62,663 nucleotides of DNA, filler included, from an uncultured Myxococcia bacterium (GCA_964617105.1; 11 parts of 11 records of this genome joined end to end with filler, not necessarily neighbours in it), one strand, 5' to 3'. Shown: positions 18,270-27,699, numbered from the whole stretch's first letter. Program-made: numbers and translations. Notes: generated by a model from the letters alone, not told the origin.

Positions 18270-19930
18270 GAAATATTAACTCGAATTTTATTAAACACTA
18301 TCATCTTTATTATACGCCATTGTCGCCAATGCATATCGGCTGTAACGAAACTTATGAGCCGACCAACTATGTAATGGATGACAATGCCCTCTATGCCTTT
18401 GACACTCAAAACATTTATTCCTCGTTTTCAGAAAGCGAGAAAGACGAATTTTCAACTATGGTTTCAGGGAAAGTCGATGCGAATCTTTTGAAAAGAGTGC
18501 AGATGTTTTTTTATAAAAAGCGGAAGATAATAAGAGCTAAATCTAAGCATACAATACCAATCTGCGATGGTGTCGCTAATTTGTATCGTTCAAGAATAGG
18601 TCAGACTGCGCAACGTGAGGCAGATGGCAAATCGGTATTTAACAAACTGGAGATCGAACGGACATCCTATAATCGGGCGGATAACCGGCCAATGTTTCCC
18701 GGTAGCAGTATCAAAGGAGCAATTAGAACGGCACTATTAGACAAAGTCAATAATGGAAAACCCAGGCAACATTTCAAAGAAAAAAACTATCAGTTGCAAC
18801 AACGTTTGTTTAAGTATTCAGGGCAAGAGATCCACAAAGATCCAATGCGCCTGCTGAGTATTTCCGATGCTATCTGGCAAAATAACGATGATTTACCTGG
18901 CAGTGAAGTTATTTTTGCCGTCAATCGCAAACAAAATCCTGTGTCAAAAGATGGCCGGTCGATTCAGTCGATGGCAGAAGAAAAGGGTCTACATCAGTCT
19001 CTCGAATGTATATCGCCTTTTCGTTGTCCGGCACTTACGGGAACAATCACTTTGCAAAATACGGACAGCCTGGGAAATAATTATAACAGTTTGTTACCGG
19101 CTAATTCTTTGCGTTGGTCTATCGAGGAGATATCTCAGGCCTGCAACGATTTTTATTTGCCGATATTTATCAAAGAGATTGGATTGCTCCACCACCACCA
19201 ATATTTGGATTCTAAATGGTACCGGGTTATTAGTGATTTGATGGAAAAGAGGTTAACAAAGGAGATAGAAGAAAACCGGGTGGCATTACTGAGAATCGGT
19301 CGCCACAGTGGTGCCGAATCGGTTACATTAAATGGGGTGCGTCAAATTAAAATTATGCAGGGTTTTAAAAAACAACCAAAATATAAAGATAAACCCCAAA
19401 CTATTTGGTTGGCCTCACCATCAAGGGATGAGCAGGCAAAAATGGTCCCCTTTGGCTGGGTGCTGGTGGAATTTGGTGACTCAAATCAATGTGAACCCAT
19501 TTTTGACCCACAATATTTTAAAGATTATATCGACAAAAGCATAAAGTGGCAAAAAATACAGGAACAAAAAAAGGTTGCTGGGCTGGAGGAGGAGAAAAAA
19601 CGAGAGCAGGCTCAAAAAGAGATACTCGAGCAAAAAGAGAGGGAACAACAGAAAAAAGCGGAACAAAAACGGCAACTGGCGCAAATGACGCCATTGCAAC
19701 GGGAGATTTTAGAGATTTGTGAAAAGGAACAAAATCCACCCAGTATCTTGTTCAACAAACTGGACGCAGGACATTGGACAAGTAGTGATGACCAGCAGAT
19801 AGTGGCCAAAAAAATAAAAGAGTTATGGCAAATACAAGGCATATGGAATCCAGACTTCAGTGGAAAAAACAAAAATAAACTAAAAAAGAAAAAACGGTGT
19901 CTAAAAGTGCTAAAATATCTTGGCGGTTGA
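18266..19930 (+). CDS. csm5: Type III-A CRISPR RAMP Csm5 with C-terminal extension
   Basis: TPLSPMHIG, FPGSSIKGAIRTA, DPMRLLSISD, LRIGRHSGAESVT and PFGWV. Confidence 0.9.
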   Translation: MRNINSNFIKHYHLYYTPLSPMHIGCNETYEPTNYVMDDNALYAFDTQNIYSSFSESEKDEFSTMVSGKVDANLLKRVQMFFYKKRKIIRAKSKHTIPICDGVANLYRSRIGQTAQREADGKSVFNKLEIERTSYNRADNRPMFPGSSIKGAIRTALLDKVNNGKPRQHFKEKNYQLQQRLFKYSGQEIHKDPMRLLSISDAIWQNNDDLPGSEVIFAVNRKQNPVSKDGRSIQSMAEEKGLHQSLECISPFRCPALTGTITLQNTDSLGNNYNSLLPANSLRWSIEEISQACNDFYLPIFIKEIGLLHHHQYLDSKWYRVISDLMEKRLTKEIEENRVALLRIGRHSGAESVTLNGVRQIKIMQGFKKQPKYKDKPQTIWLASPSRDEQAKMVPFGWVLVEFGDSNQCEPIFDPQYFKDYIDKSIKWQKIQEQKKVAGLEEEKKREQAQKEILEQKEREQQKKAEQKRQLAQMTPLQREILEICEKEQNPPSILFNKLDAGHWTSSDDQQIVAKKIKELWQIQGIWNPDFSGKNKNKLKKKKRCLKVLKYLGG

Positions 19931-19984
19931 TACGCTAATAATTCCGCAACGACAATATGCCTTTTGCCATCAGTTCTACCATAT

Positions 19985-20032
19985 TGTCATTTCGCTTGTG
20001 CCCGCGCAGCGGGTAACCGAAGGGAGAAATCT
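19985..20032. repeat. REP-like palindromic element between csm5 and cas6
   Basis: TGTCATTTCG-[CTTGTGCCCGCGCAGCGGGTA]-ACCGAAGGGAGAAATCT with internal hairpin CCCGC-GCA-GCGGG. Its GGGAG is positioned as the cas6 RBS. Confidence 0.4.
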
Positions 20033-20035
20033 TAA

Positions 20036-20977
20036 TTGATCTACGGAAACTACCATTTTACATGTCAACTGGAGAACAAGGCGATATTGCCAAAATTCAA
20101 GGGTTCAACATTTAGAGGACCTTTTGGGCATTCTCTAAAAAAGGTGGCCTGCTCAACCGGTCAAAAAGATTGTGTTGAATGTATTTTAAATAGTCACTGT
20201 ATTTACACCAAAGTGTTTGAATCAAAAGTGCATTCCAATGACAGGCACGATAATTTTTTGCCGCACCCATATGTAATCGAACCGCCAGAAACCACAAAAA
20301 CAGTGTTTATGCCGGGTGATAATTTTACTTTTAATCTACTTCTGTTTGGGGAGATCAATCAGCAATTGCCATATTTGATCTATGCTTTTCAGAAGATGGG
20401 GGTAATGGGTATCGGCAAAAAAATATCGGGTAAACGGGCGCAATTTATTATCAAGCAGGTAACCTGTGATGAAAAGGTTGTTTATTCAGGAGAATCTGGT
20501 CAAATGGTCACCAACAATTATACTAAAAACGAATTGACTTTTACCGCTGAAACAATTGCCGAAAGTAACAGAGATAAACATCTGAAAATAGATTTTATTA
20601 CCCCTTTGCGAATAAAATTTCAAAACAGGTTTGTGCCCGAAGTCCCATTTCCTTTTCATGTATTGGTAAGAGCGATGTTAAGACGGATGTCATCTCTAAT
20701 GGAAAAATATGGCGGTGGCAAGCCAGAAATAAATTACCAGGAAATAGTGGCCAGGGCGGAGGAGATCAAAATTGCAGAATCAAATCTCAACTGGCAAGAG
20801 ATAACCAGATACTCCAGTCGGCAGGAGAGTAAAATGTTAATCGGCGGTTTAATGGGAAATATAACCTATCAGGGGAAGTTGGCTGAGTATATAAAACTGA
20901 TCGATTTTTGCCGACACACTCACCTGGGAAAACAGACCAGTTTTGGATTGGGCAAGATAAGTTATCAGGTGTTCTAG
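20036..20977 (+). CDS. cas6: CRISPR pre-crRNA processing endoribonuclease Cas6
   Basis: GSTFRGPFG, C..C.L...C.Y motif, PHPYVIEPP, TPLR and C-terminal Gly loop HLGKQTSFGLG. Confidence 0.92.
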   Translation: MIYGNYHFTCQLENKAILPKFKGSTFRGPFGHSLKKVACSTGQKDCVECILNSHCIYTKVFESKVHSNDRHDNFLPHPYVIEPPETTKTVFMPGDNFTFNLLLFGEINQQLPYLIYAFQKMGVMGIGKKISGKRAQFIIKQVTCDEKVVYSGESGQMVTNNYTKNELTFTAETIAESNRDKHLKIDFITPLRIKFQNRFVPEVPFPFHVLVRAMLRRMSSLMEKYGGGKPEINYQEIVARAEEIKIAESNLNWQEITRYSSRQESKMLIGGLMGNITYQGKLAEYIKLIDFCRHTHLGKQTSFGLGKISYQVF

Positions 20978-21009
20978 CGATATTTACAACTAACGACAAG
21001 GCCAGAATT

Positions 21010-22098
21010 ATGTCAACAATATATGTGGTATCTGATTATGGAAGATTGGTGAAAAAAGGCCAGGTTTTGCAACTAAAAAGGGAAAACGATGTGATAAAAA
21101 CTGTTTTTCCTTTTAAAACAGAGCAACTGTTGATAATTGGTAAAATCGAAATTACCAGTCCGGCTTTGCGGCTGTTGATGCGACATAAAATCGACGCCAT
21201 ATTTTTGGGAAGCAACGGACGATTTAATGGTAAAATCGCCTTTCAGGCCGGTAAAAATGTCTTTTTGCGGCAACAGCAATTTAAATTATTGGATGATGAA
21301 AAATTTAAATTAAGTCTGGCAAAATCAATTGTTAAAGGGAAGTTGAAAAATCAACTCAGTTTTATGCAGAGGATCATCAGAAAAAGTCACTTTGGCGGTG
21401 TCTCCAAAGGGATAATTTCTAAAATGAAAAACACTCTGGAGAAAGTAAACAGTGTAGATGATATTGACAGACTACGCGGCTACGAAGGAATTGGGGCCAG
21501 GTATTTCTTTTCGGTTTTCAAGCACGCTATTATTCAGGATTGGGCGGTATTCAGCGGCAGAAGCATGAATCCGCCGCAAGACAATGTCAATGCCGTATTG
21601 AGTTTTATATATACCATGATTCTCTTTCGGGTTGATGCCGCCATAGAGACAGAGGGTTTTGACAGTTATGCCGGCTATTTCCACTGCCTTGATTATGGAA
21701 AACGCTCACTTGCGTTTGATCTTATGGAGGAATATCGAACACCAATTGGTGATATGCTTACTGTATCTCTTTTTAACCTGGCCATCTTAAAGCCGGATGA
21801 TTTTCATGAGGTAATTTTTTCCGAAGACAGTGATAACTATCCCCTTTCGCTAGAAGAAGGTGGTCATGATGATGAGTCAAAGTCAACGGTGTTTCGGCAA
21901 AAACGGGGTGTACTATTGACAAAAGATGGCCTCAAAAAGGTAATTACCCATTTGGAGAAAAAGATCAACTCCACTATCTATTATCAGCCATTACTTAAGA
22001 AGATCACCTACAAAGTGTTAATTCATGAACAGGTCAAACACTTTAAACGTCTTTTGACCGGCCAGGAAAAAGAATATAAACCTTTGGTAATAAAGTAG
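21010..22098 (+). CDS. cas1: CRISPR-associated endonuclease Cas1
   Basis: LRGYEG.GAR.YF, PP.D.VNAVLSF.Y, GYFH and SLAFDLMEEYR. Start placed at ATG 21010. Confidence 0.95.
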   Translation: MSTIYVVSDYGRLVKKGQVLQLKRENDVIKTVFPFKTEQLLIIGKIEITSPALRLLMRHKIDAIFLGSNGRFNGKIAFQAGKNVFLRQQQFKLLDDEKFKLSLAKSIVKGKLKNQLSFMQRIIRKSHFGGVSKGIISKMKNTLEKVNSVDDIDRLRGYEGIGARYFFSVFKHAIIQDWAVFSGRSMNPPQDNVNAVLSFIYTMILFRVDAAIETEGFDSYAGYFHCLDYGKRSLAFDLMEEYRTPIGDMLTVSLFNLAILKPDDFHEVIFSEDSDNYPLSLEEGGHDDESKSTVFRQKRGVLLTKDGLKKVITHLEKKINSTIYYQPLLKKITYKVLIHEQVKHFKRLLTGQEKEYKPLVIK

Positions 22099-22162
22099 GG
22101 ACGACGTCCCACAGGGATGACCGTTGGCCTCATGTGTCGCCCTGACATTGTACAAGATAACC

Positions 22163-22438
22163 ATGATTTACATGATATGCTACGATATAAGTAACCCGAA
22201 AAGGTTAAGAAAAACAGCTAAAGTTTTGGAAAATTTTGGCATCAGAATTCAGTACTCTTTTTTTCAATGCGAGATAAAAAAAAATCTTTTGCAGAAATTA
22301 ACCAGGAGAGTTCTGGTTGAGATTGATCTTAACGAAGATTATTTTTTTATTTATCCCCTCTGCGAAGACTGTAGTAGAAAACCTCTAACCGATGGAACCG
22401 GCAGCGTGATCAAAATCGAGGCTTTTGAGATAATATGA
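22163..22438 (+). CDS. cas2: CRISPR-associated endonuclease Cas2 (copy 1)
   Basis: ICYDISNPKRLRK..KVLENFG.RIQYSFF and IYPLC..C. Confidence 0.92.
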   Translation: MIYMICYDISNPKRLRKTAKVLENFGIRIQYSFFQCEIKKNLLQKLTRRVLVEIDLNEDYFFIYPLCEDCSRKPLTDGTGSVIKIEAFEII

Positions 22439-22716
22439 GGCACTGGCTGATAATATATGACATCAGAGATCCAAAACGACTTCGAAAAGTTGCCAAAATG
22501 ATGGAAAACTATGGTGTCAGGGTGCAAAAATCAGTTTTTGAGGTGGAGGCAAAAGATCAAATCATCAAAGAGATGCGCTCCAAAGTGCAAGCACTAATTG
22601 AAGAAGAGGACTTTGTGGTATATTTTAATCTGTGTGAACGAGACTGGCAAAAAAAGATCAAGTACGGTCCAGATAAATTTGAAGAGACAGATGAAAAAGA
22701 TTACTATATCCTCTAA
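22435..22716 (+). CDS. cas2: CRISPR-associated endonuclease Cas2 (copy 2)
   Basis: IIYDIRDPKRLRKVAK.MENYG.RVQKSVFE. ATGA overlap with copy 1. Confidence 0.92.
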   Translation: MRHWLIIYDIRDPKRLRKVAKMMENYGVRVQKSVFEVEAKDQIIKEMRSKVQALIEEEDFVVYFNLCERDWQKKIKYGPDKFEETDEKDYYIL

Positions 22717-23060
22717 AAAGCAGTTCTTTGGCAATTTAATATTTGTTGTTAATGTGTTACAATATTGGTGTTGTAAAGATAAACACAACTCAATTGATTG
22801 CGCCAACCTGTTTGGACAAAACAATAATCTGTATGAATATTGCTGCCACGGTCTTGATTATTCAGCCCATCAGGCTATTATTACAGTGACAATATTCCAG
22901 CAAGGTTGGCGCATTTCTAACTACCACAAGTATATCAACTATTTAGGGGGGACTTTATGAAGAAAAATTTCAACAAAAAACAACTAATATTTCCAACCAA
23001 CCCAAAGGTTGGCGGAAACAACCAAATTTCATCAACGATATCACTGTGTTTGAATGTGTA
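22717..23060 (+). promoter_or_regulatory. CRISPR leader
   Basis: AT-rich region between cas2 and the repeat. Contains three (A)GGTTGGCG motifs and the IHF consensus TATCAACTATTTA at 22933-22945. Confidence 0.75.
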
Positions 23061-23107
23061 GTATTAGAATTACCGACCTGAATAAAGGGATTGAGACTCA
23101 ATTTCTG
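23061..23107 (+). CRISPR. First CRISPR repeat (37 nt, GTATTAGAATTACCGACCTGAATAAAGGGATTGAGAC) plus 10 nt of spacer; array cut by the contig end
   Basis: GT... start and GGGATTGAGAC end typical of CRISPR repeats, directly after cas2 and leader. Only one copy is visible. Confidence 0.75.
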
Positions 23108-23207
23108 NNNNNNNNNNNNNNNNNNNNNNNNNNNNNNNNNNNNNNNNNNNNTTAATTAATTAANNNNNNNNNNNNNNNNNNNNNNNNNNNNNNNNNNNNN
23201 NNNNNNN

Positions 23208-24008
23208 TTGAATGGCTTCAGTCAGTTGGGGGATGGCTCCAGCCAGGATCGAAACAAACCGAAATTACTGCTTGGTTTCTGGCACCAGGTGGCAGCGGGG
23301 TGGAACCATACTTGCGCCATCCAGGATAACAACTCTCTTTGGTGTTGGGGAGATAATCAAAAAGGGCAATTAGGTGATAACAGCACCCGTTCGCGAACGG
23401 GGCCCCTTAAATTAGCCGGCCCGGCAAAGTATGATTCGGTTTCTTGCGGGTACAACCATACTTGCGCCATTGATGATCAGGGGCAACTCTGGTGCTGGGG
23501 CAATAACGTCAATTATCAAGTGGCCAAGAGAAAAGATATAACTCTGCTAAAACCGCAGTCTGACAGCAAAGATAAATGGGTGCAGGTTTCTTGCGGGCAC
23601 AGCCACACTTGTGGCATTAAGGCTGACAATAGTCTTTGGTGTTGGGGGGACAACACTAACGGGCAAGTGGGCAGCACTGCCAATAGTGAACACCTGGATA
23701 TGACCAAGGTGGACAATGGTGGCTCCTGGTCTATGGTTTCCGCTGGTCATCACCACACCTGCGCCATAGATAGCAAAGGAATTTTATGGTGTTGGGGCAA
23801 AAACAGTTTTGGCCAGGTAGGGCAGGGCGATACTTCTGACCGTAGCTTGCCCAAGGCTCTAAGCAAAGAGTTAAAGTGGTTAGGAGTCGCTTCTGGCCGT
23901 GAACACACCTGCGCCATTAAAGATGACGGCAGCCTCTGGTGCTGGGGAAAAAAATTGGGTGAACTCTCCGGATATAACGCTACGCCAGAGCAGGTATTAT
24001 CGCCTTGA
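23208..24008 (+). CDS. RCC1-repeat (beta-propeller) protein, 5' truncated
   Basis: Five repeats of V.aG..HTCAI...sLWCWG.N..GQ.G. Confidence 0.92.
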   Translation: MNGFSQLGDGSSQDRNKPKLLLGFWHQVAAGWNHTCAIQDNNSLWCWGDNQKGQLGDNSTRSRTGPLKLAGPAKYDSVSCGYNHTCAIDDQGQLWCWGNNVNYQVAKRKDITLLKPQSDSKDKWVQVSCGHSHTCGIKADNSLWCWGDNTNGQVGSTANSEHLDMTKVDNGGSWSMVSAGHHHTCAIDSKGILWCWGKNSFGQVGQGDTSDRSLPKALSKELKWLGVASGREHTCAIKDDGSLWCWGKKLGELSGYNATPEQVLSP

Positions 24009-24795
24009 GCAGGGTGATGAACTTGTCTTTTATCCTATCCCCAGTCTCTTTTACCTCCTGGTGAGAGAGTTTTTCTCCGCTAATGCCAGCCGCCAGGTTG
24101 GTGATACAGGAGATGCCCAAAACCTTGATACCGGCGTGATTGGCAACTATAGCCTCCGGCACGGTTGACATTCCCACAGCATCGGCGCCCAGAGTGCGCA
24201 GCATCCTCACTTCTGCCGGTGTTTCATAGGTAGGGCCGCTGAGAGCGAGATAGATCCCTTCTTGTAAATCGATGCCGGCTTCTTTGGCTTTATTGCGGGC
24301 GATTTGCCGTAACTCCCGGTCATATGCACAAGTCATATCGGGAAAAATAGGCTCGGTCTTATTGCCTATAAGAGGATTGGTTCCCATCATGTTGATGTGG
24401 TCATTTATCAGCATCAGGTCTCCCGGTGTAAAAGATTGGTTGATACCACCGGCGGCATTGGTGATAATAACCTTTTCAACTCCAATCTTAATTAGGGTGG
24501 CGATGGGGATGGTTACCTCCTCTATGGTATAGCCTTCATAATAGTGGAGCCGGCCGCACATTATTGCCAGGGGCGTCTGGTCCAGGTGCCCAAGGTGAAG
24601 ACGGCTGGCATGTCCGGCCAGGCTGGCGCGGCCAAAATGGGGCAGCACCATGTAGGGGATAGTCACTTTATCCTCACGCATGCTGTTGGCAAAAGCATCC
24701 AGGCCAGAGCCTAAGATTATTGCCAATTTGGGTTTTAAAGTAGAATATTTTTTTATGGCTTTAACATTTTTGATTATTTTTTCTTGCCTGGTCAT
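23980..24795 (-). CDS. punA: Purine-nucleoside phosphorylase (trimeric type)
   Basis: ILGSGL, GRLHYYEG, TNAAGGIN, GPTYETPAE, VGMSTVPE and ITNLAAG. Confidence 0.95.
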   Translation of the reverse strand: MTRQEKIIKNVKAIKKYSTLKPKLAIILGSGLDAFANSMREDKVTIPYMVLPHFGRASLAGHASRLHLGHLDQTPLAIMCGRLHYYEGYTIEEVTIPIATLIKIGVEKVIITNAAGGINQSFTPGDLMLINDHINMMGTNPLIGNKTEPIFPDMTCAYDRELRQIARNKAKEAGIDLQEGIYLALSGPTYETPAEVRMLRTLGADAVGMSTVPEAIVANHAGIKVLGISCITNLAAGISGEKLSHQEVKETGDRIKDKFITLLKAIIPALA

Positions 24796-24856
24796 AAATT
24801 CTCCTTAGCGCCTACAATCTCTGAAAAGTAAACGCAATTTTTATAAAATACCCTGT

Positions 24857-26398
24857 CTAAATCAAAATTCCCGCTATACAGGCTGACATATAGGCGGCCA
24901 GAGATCCTGCAGCCATAGCCCGGAAACCAAGTTTGGCCAGGTCCTGTCTTCTGGAGGGGGCGATGCCGCCAATTCCGCCAATTTGAATAGCAATAGAACC
25001 CAGATTGGCAAAACCGAGCATGGCATAAGTGGCGATAATAGCCGCTCTTTCACTGATTATAACCTTCCCGCCATTGACGATTTCGCCCAAATGGGAGAAA
25101 GAGATAAATTCGTTGAGAATTATTTTTTCCCCAAGCAAGCCGCCGATTATAGTTGCGTCTTGCCAGGGAATACCCATTACAAACGCCAGAGGCGAAAGGA
25201 TAGTGCCGATAATTTTTTGCAAGGTCAAATCCAGCCCCACCAGGCTGCCCAGATAATTAATGCCATAGTTGAGCATGGCTACCAGAGCAATAAAGGCCAA
25301 CAGCATAGCCGCTACATTGAGTACCAGAGTCATTCCTTCACTCGCTCCCCGGGCAGCAGCGCCAATCACATTAGAATCAACTTTTTCCACCTCAAATTTG
25401 CTTTGCCCCATGGTTTTAGGCACCTCCTCTTCTGGCCAGAAAATCTTAGCGCAGACTAAACCTGCCGGAGCATTCATTATGCTGGCAGCCATCAAATGGC
25501 CGGCAATATCAGGGAAATAGCCTTTGAGCATACCAACGTAGGCGGCCAGCACTCCACCTGCCACCGTAGCAAAACCACCGGTCATAATGGCGGTCAATTC
25601 ACTCATGGTCATCGTTTTAACAAATGGTTTGATCACCAGAGGCGCTTCAGTCTGTCCCACGAAAATATTGGCGGCTGCCGACATCGATTCCGCCCCGGAG
25701 AGCCTCATGGTTTTCTGCATAACCCAGGCCATTACCCTAACCACTCCCTGCATTACTCCCAGGTGATAGAGCACCGACATCAGCGAGGAGAAAAAGATGA
25801 TGGTTGGCAGCACCTGGAAGAGGAAATTGGCCATGGCGCTATCTACCTTGCCACTGACAAAACTTTTGACTAAAAAGTTGGTGCCTACCTCGGTAAATTG
25901 TAAGAGTTGCAAAAACACGCTATTGATGGCGGAAAAAAATGGCCGGCCAAAAGGGGTGACCAGAATAAACAGGGCAAAGGTAAATTGCAGTCCTACCCCC
26001 CACAGAACCAGTCTAAAGTTAACCGCCCGGCGATTGTGAGAAAATATAAAGGCGATAGAAAGCATCACTATTAGCCCGAAAAAACTGATAAAGCGCAAAT
26101 AAATGGGAGTAGGCTCAATTCTAACCCGTCCTTTGGCAATTTTTAAAGTCCCCCGGGGTTGATCTGATTTTTTTTGCCCCACAGTTTCCTGATTCTCGCC
26201 TGGCGGTTTGCTGTCAGCATTTTCTGCCCCAGAAACAGTCCCTGCCTCGGCATTTGTTTCAGTCCAAGAACCAGTCTCTGTCCCTGCTTTTGCTGATGCA
26301 GATGATTCAGCGGAGCTATAATTTTGGATGCCCAATGTTATAAGCGACAGGCACACTACAATTAAAAGTATAGAGATTCTATTTATAGATTTTAACAA
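24857..26398 (-). CDS. nupC: NupC/CNT-family concentrative nucleoside transporter
   Basis: VLPTIIFFS, NIFVGQTEAP, GFATVAG, LNEF, GFANLGS and APSRR. Confidence 0.93.
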   Translation of the reverse strand: MLKSINRISILLIVVCLSLITLGIQNYSSAESSASAKAGTETGSWTETNAEAGTVSGAENADSKPPGENQETVGQKKSDQPRGTLKIAKGRVRIEPTPIYLRFISFFGLIVMLSIAFIFSHNRRAVNFRLVLWGVGLQFTFALFILVTPFGRPFFSAINSVFLQLLQFTEVGTNFLVKSFVSGKVDSAMANFLFQVLPTIIFFSSLMSVLYHLGVMQGVVRVMAWVMQKTMRLSGAESMSAAANIFVGQTEAPLVIKPFVKTMTMSELTAIMTGGFATVAGGVLAAYVGMLKGYFPDIAGHLMAASIMNAPAGLVCAKIFWPEEEVPKTMGQSKFEVEKVDSNVIGAAARGASEGMTLVLNVAAMLLAFIALVAMLNYGINYLGSLVGLDLTLQKIIGTILSPLAFVMGIPWQDATIIGGLLGEKIILNEFISFSHLGEIVNGGKVIISERAAIIATYAMLGFANLGSIAIQIGGIGGIAPSRRQDLAKLGFRAMAAGSLAAYMSACIAGILI

Positions 26399-27699
26399 TG
26401 GATCACCTCTTTGATCAGTTTGGGCGGTTGTACAGGCTGGGAAGTGATCTGGTAGGCGTCAATTATCATCTCCTCCACCTCCTGCAACCGGTTTTCGTCG
26501 TTTACATAGGCGATTAAAAGAGGTTCCTCTTTTTCAACCCGATTACCAATTTTAGCCAAAACCTCAAAACCTACTGATGGATCCACCTGGTCTTCAACTT
26601 TTTGCCGTCCGGCACCCAGCAATATAGCGGCCATCCCCATTTTCTCCGTATCTATGGCCTCCACAAAACCAGGATTACGGCTTTTTATAGCAACTTTTCT
26701 ATTGAATTTGGGCAGCAGGTCATAGTTATCCACCACACCTTTATCTCCTCCCTGGGCTTCCACCATTTGTTTAAATTTGTCAATAGCCCGGCCATCTTTA
26801 ATGGCCTCTAACATTATCTCTCTGGATTTTTCCTGGTCGGATTCAATTTCAGCCATGGAGAGCATAAGGGAACCTAACTGAAGGGTTAGTTCCAAAGTAT
26901 CGGCGGGACCGGAACCGGTTAAAACTTCTATGGATTCAATCACTTCCAGGGCATTTCCCACCATCCGCCCCAGGGGCTGGTTCATATCGGTTAGCAGGGC
27001 AGAAACTTTTTTACCCATTCTCTGGCCGATGCCCACCATGGTATGTGCCAGTTCCCGGGCCGTAGCCATATCCTTCATAAAGGCGCCGCTGCCAACCTTG
27101 ACATCCAGCACCAAACCGTCTATCCCCTCGGCCAGTTTTTTGCTCATAATACTGGAAGAGATCAGTGGTATAGAGTCTACGGTAGCGATCACATCCCTGA
27201 GAGCGTAAAGTTTTTTGTCCGCTGGCACAATATTCGCAGTCTGTCCAATCAGGCAGAGACCGATATCTTCCACCAGTTGAGCGTATTTTTTTTCATCCAA
27301 ATCTACTCTAAAACCAGGGATCGACTCCAGTTTATCCAGAGTTCCACCGGTGTGGCCCAGGCCTCGCCCAGAGATCATTGGCACTTTAACTCCCAGGCAG
27401 GCCACCAGCGGCGCCAGGATAAGAGAGATTTTATCGCCAATTCCACCAGTGGAATGTTTGTCAATTTTGGCTCCAACCATATAATTCAAGTCGATAACCT
27501 GTCCGGAGTTTAGCATGGCCTGGGTCCAGTATTGCAACTCCTGCTGGTTAAAGGAGTGGAGGAAGATGGCCATCAGCAGGGCTGCCACCTGATAATCGGG
27601 GATCTCTCCTTTGGTATATCCGCTGATAATAAAATCGATCTCCTGCTTGGACAATTGTCCCTTGTCACGTTTTTTCTTAATAATATCATAGGTCAGCAT
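26392..27699 (-). CDS. pdp: Pyrimidine-nucleoside/thymidine phosphorylase
   Basis: DKHSTGGIGDK, SGRGLGHTGGTLDKLESIPG, PADKKLYALRD and SIMSKK. Confidence 0.95.
   Translation of the reverse strand: MLTYDIIKKKRDKGQLSKQEIDFIISGYTKGEIPDYQVAALLMAIFLHSFNQQELQYWTQAMLNSGQVIDLNYMVGAKIDKHSTGGIGDKISLILAPLVACLGVKVPMISGRGLGHTGGTLDKLESIPGFRVDLDEKKYAQLVEDIGLCLIGQTANIVPADKKLYALRDVIATVDSIPLISSSIMSKKLAEGIDGLVLDVKVGSGAFMKDMATARELAHTMVGIGQRMGKKVSALLTDMNQPLGRMVGNALEVIESIEVLTGSGPADTLELTLQLGSLMLSMAEIESDQEKSREIMLEAIKDGRAIDKFKQMVEAQGGDKGVVDNYDLLPKFNRKVAIKSRNPGFVEAIDTEKMGMAAILLGAGRQKVEDQVDPSVGFEVLAKIGNRVEKEEPLLIAYVNDENRLQEVEEMIIDAYQITSQPVQPPKLIKEVIHC

Noticed and set aside
20908-21009. N-terminal extension or RT fusion on Cas1
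   Set aside because: It overlaps cas6 out of frame and has no RT motifs. ATG 21010 gives a normal Cas1 start.
22598-22960. 120-aa ORF after cas2
   Set aside because: It overlaps cas2 and the leader, has no recognisable motif and covers non-coding leader motifs.
23061-24008. RCC1 protein as a CRISPR accessory gene
   Set aside because: It is on a different contig, across the linker at 23108-23207.
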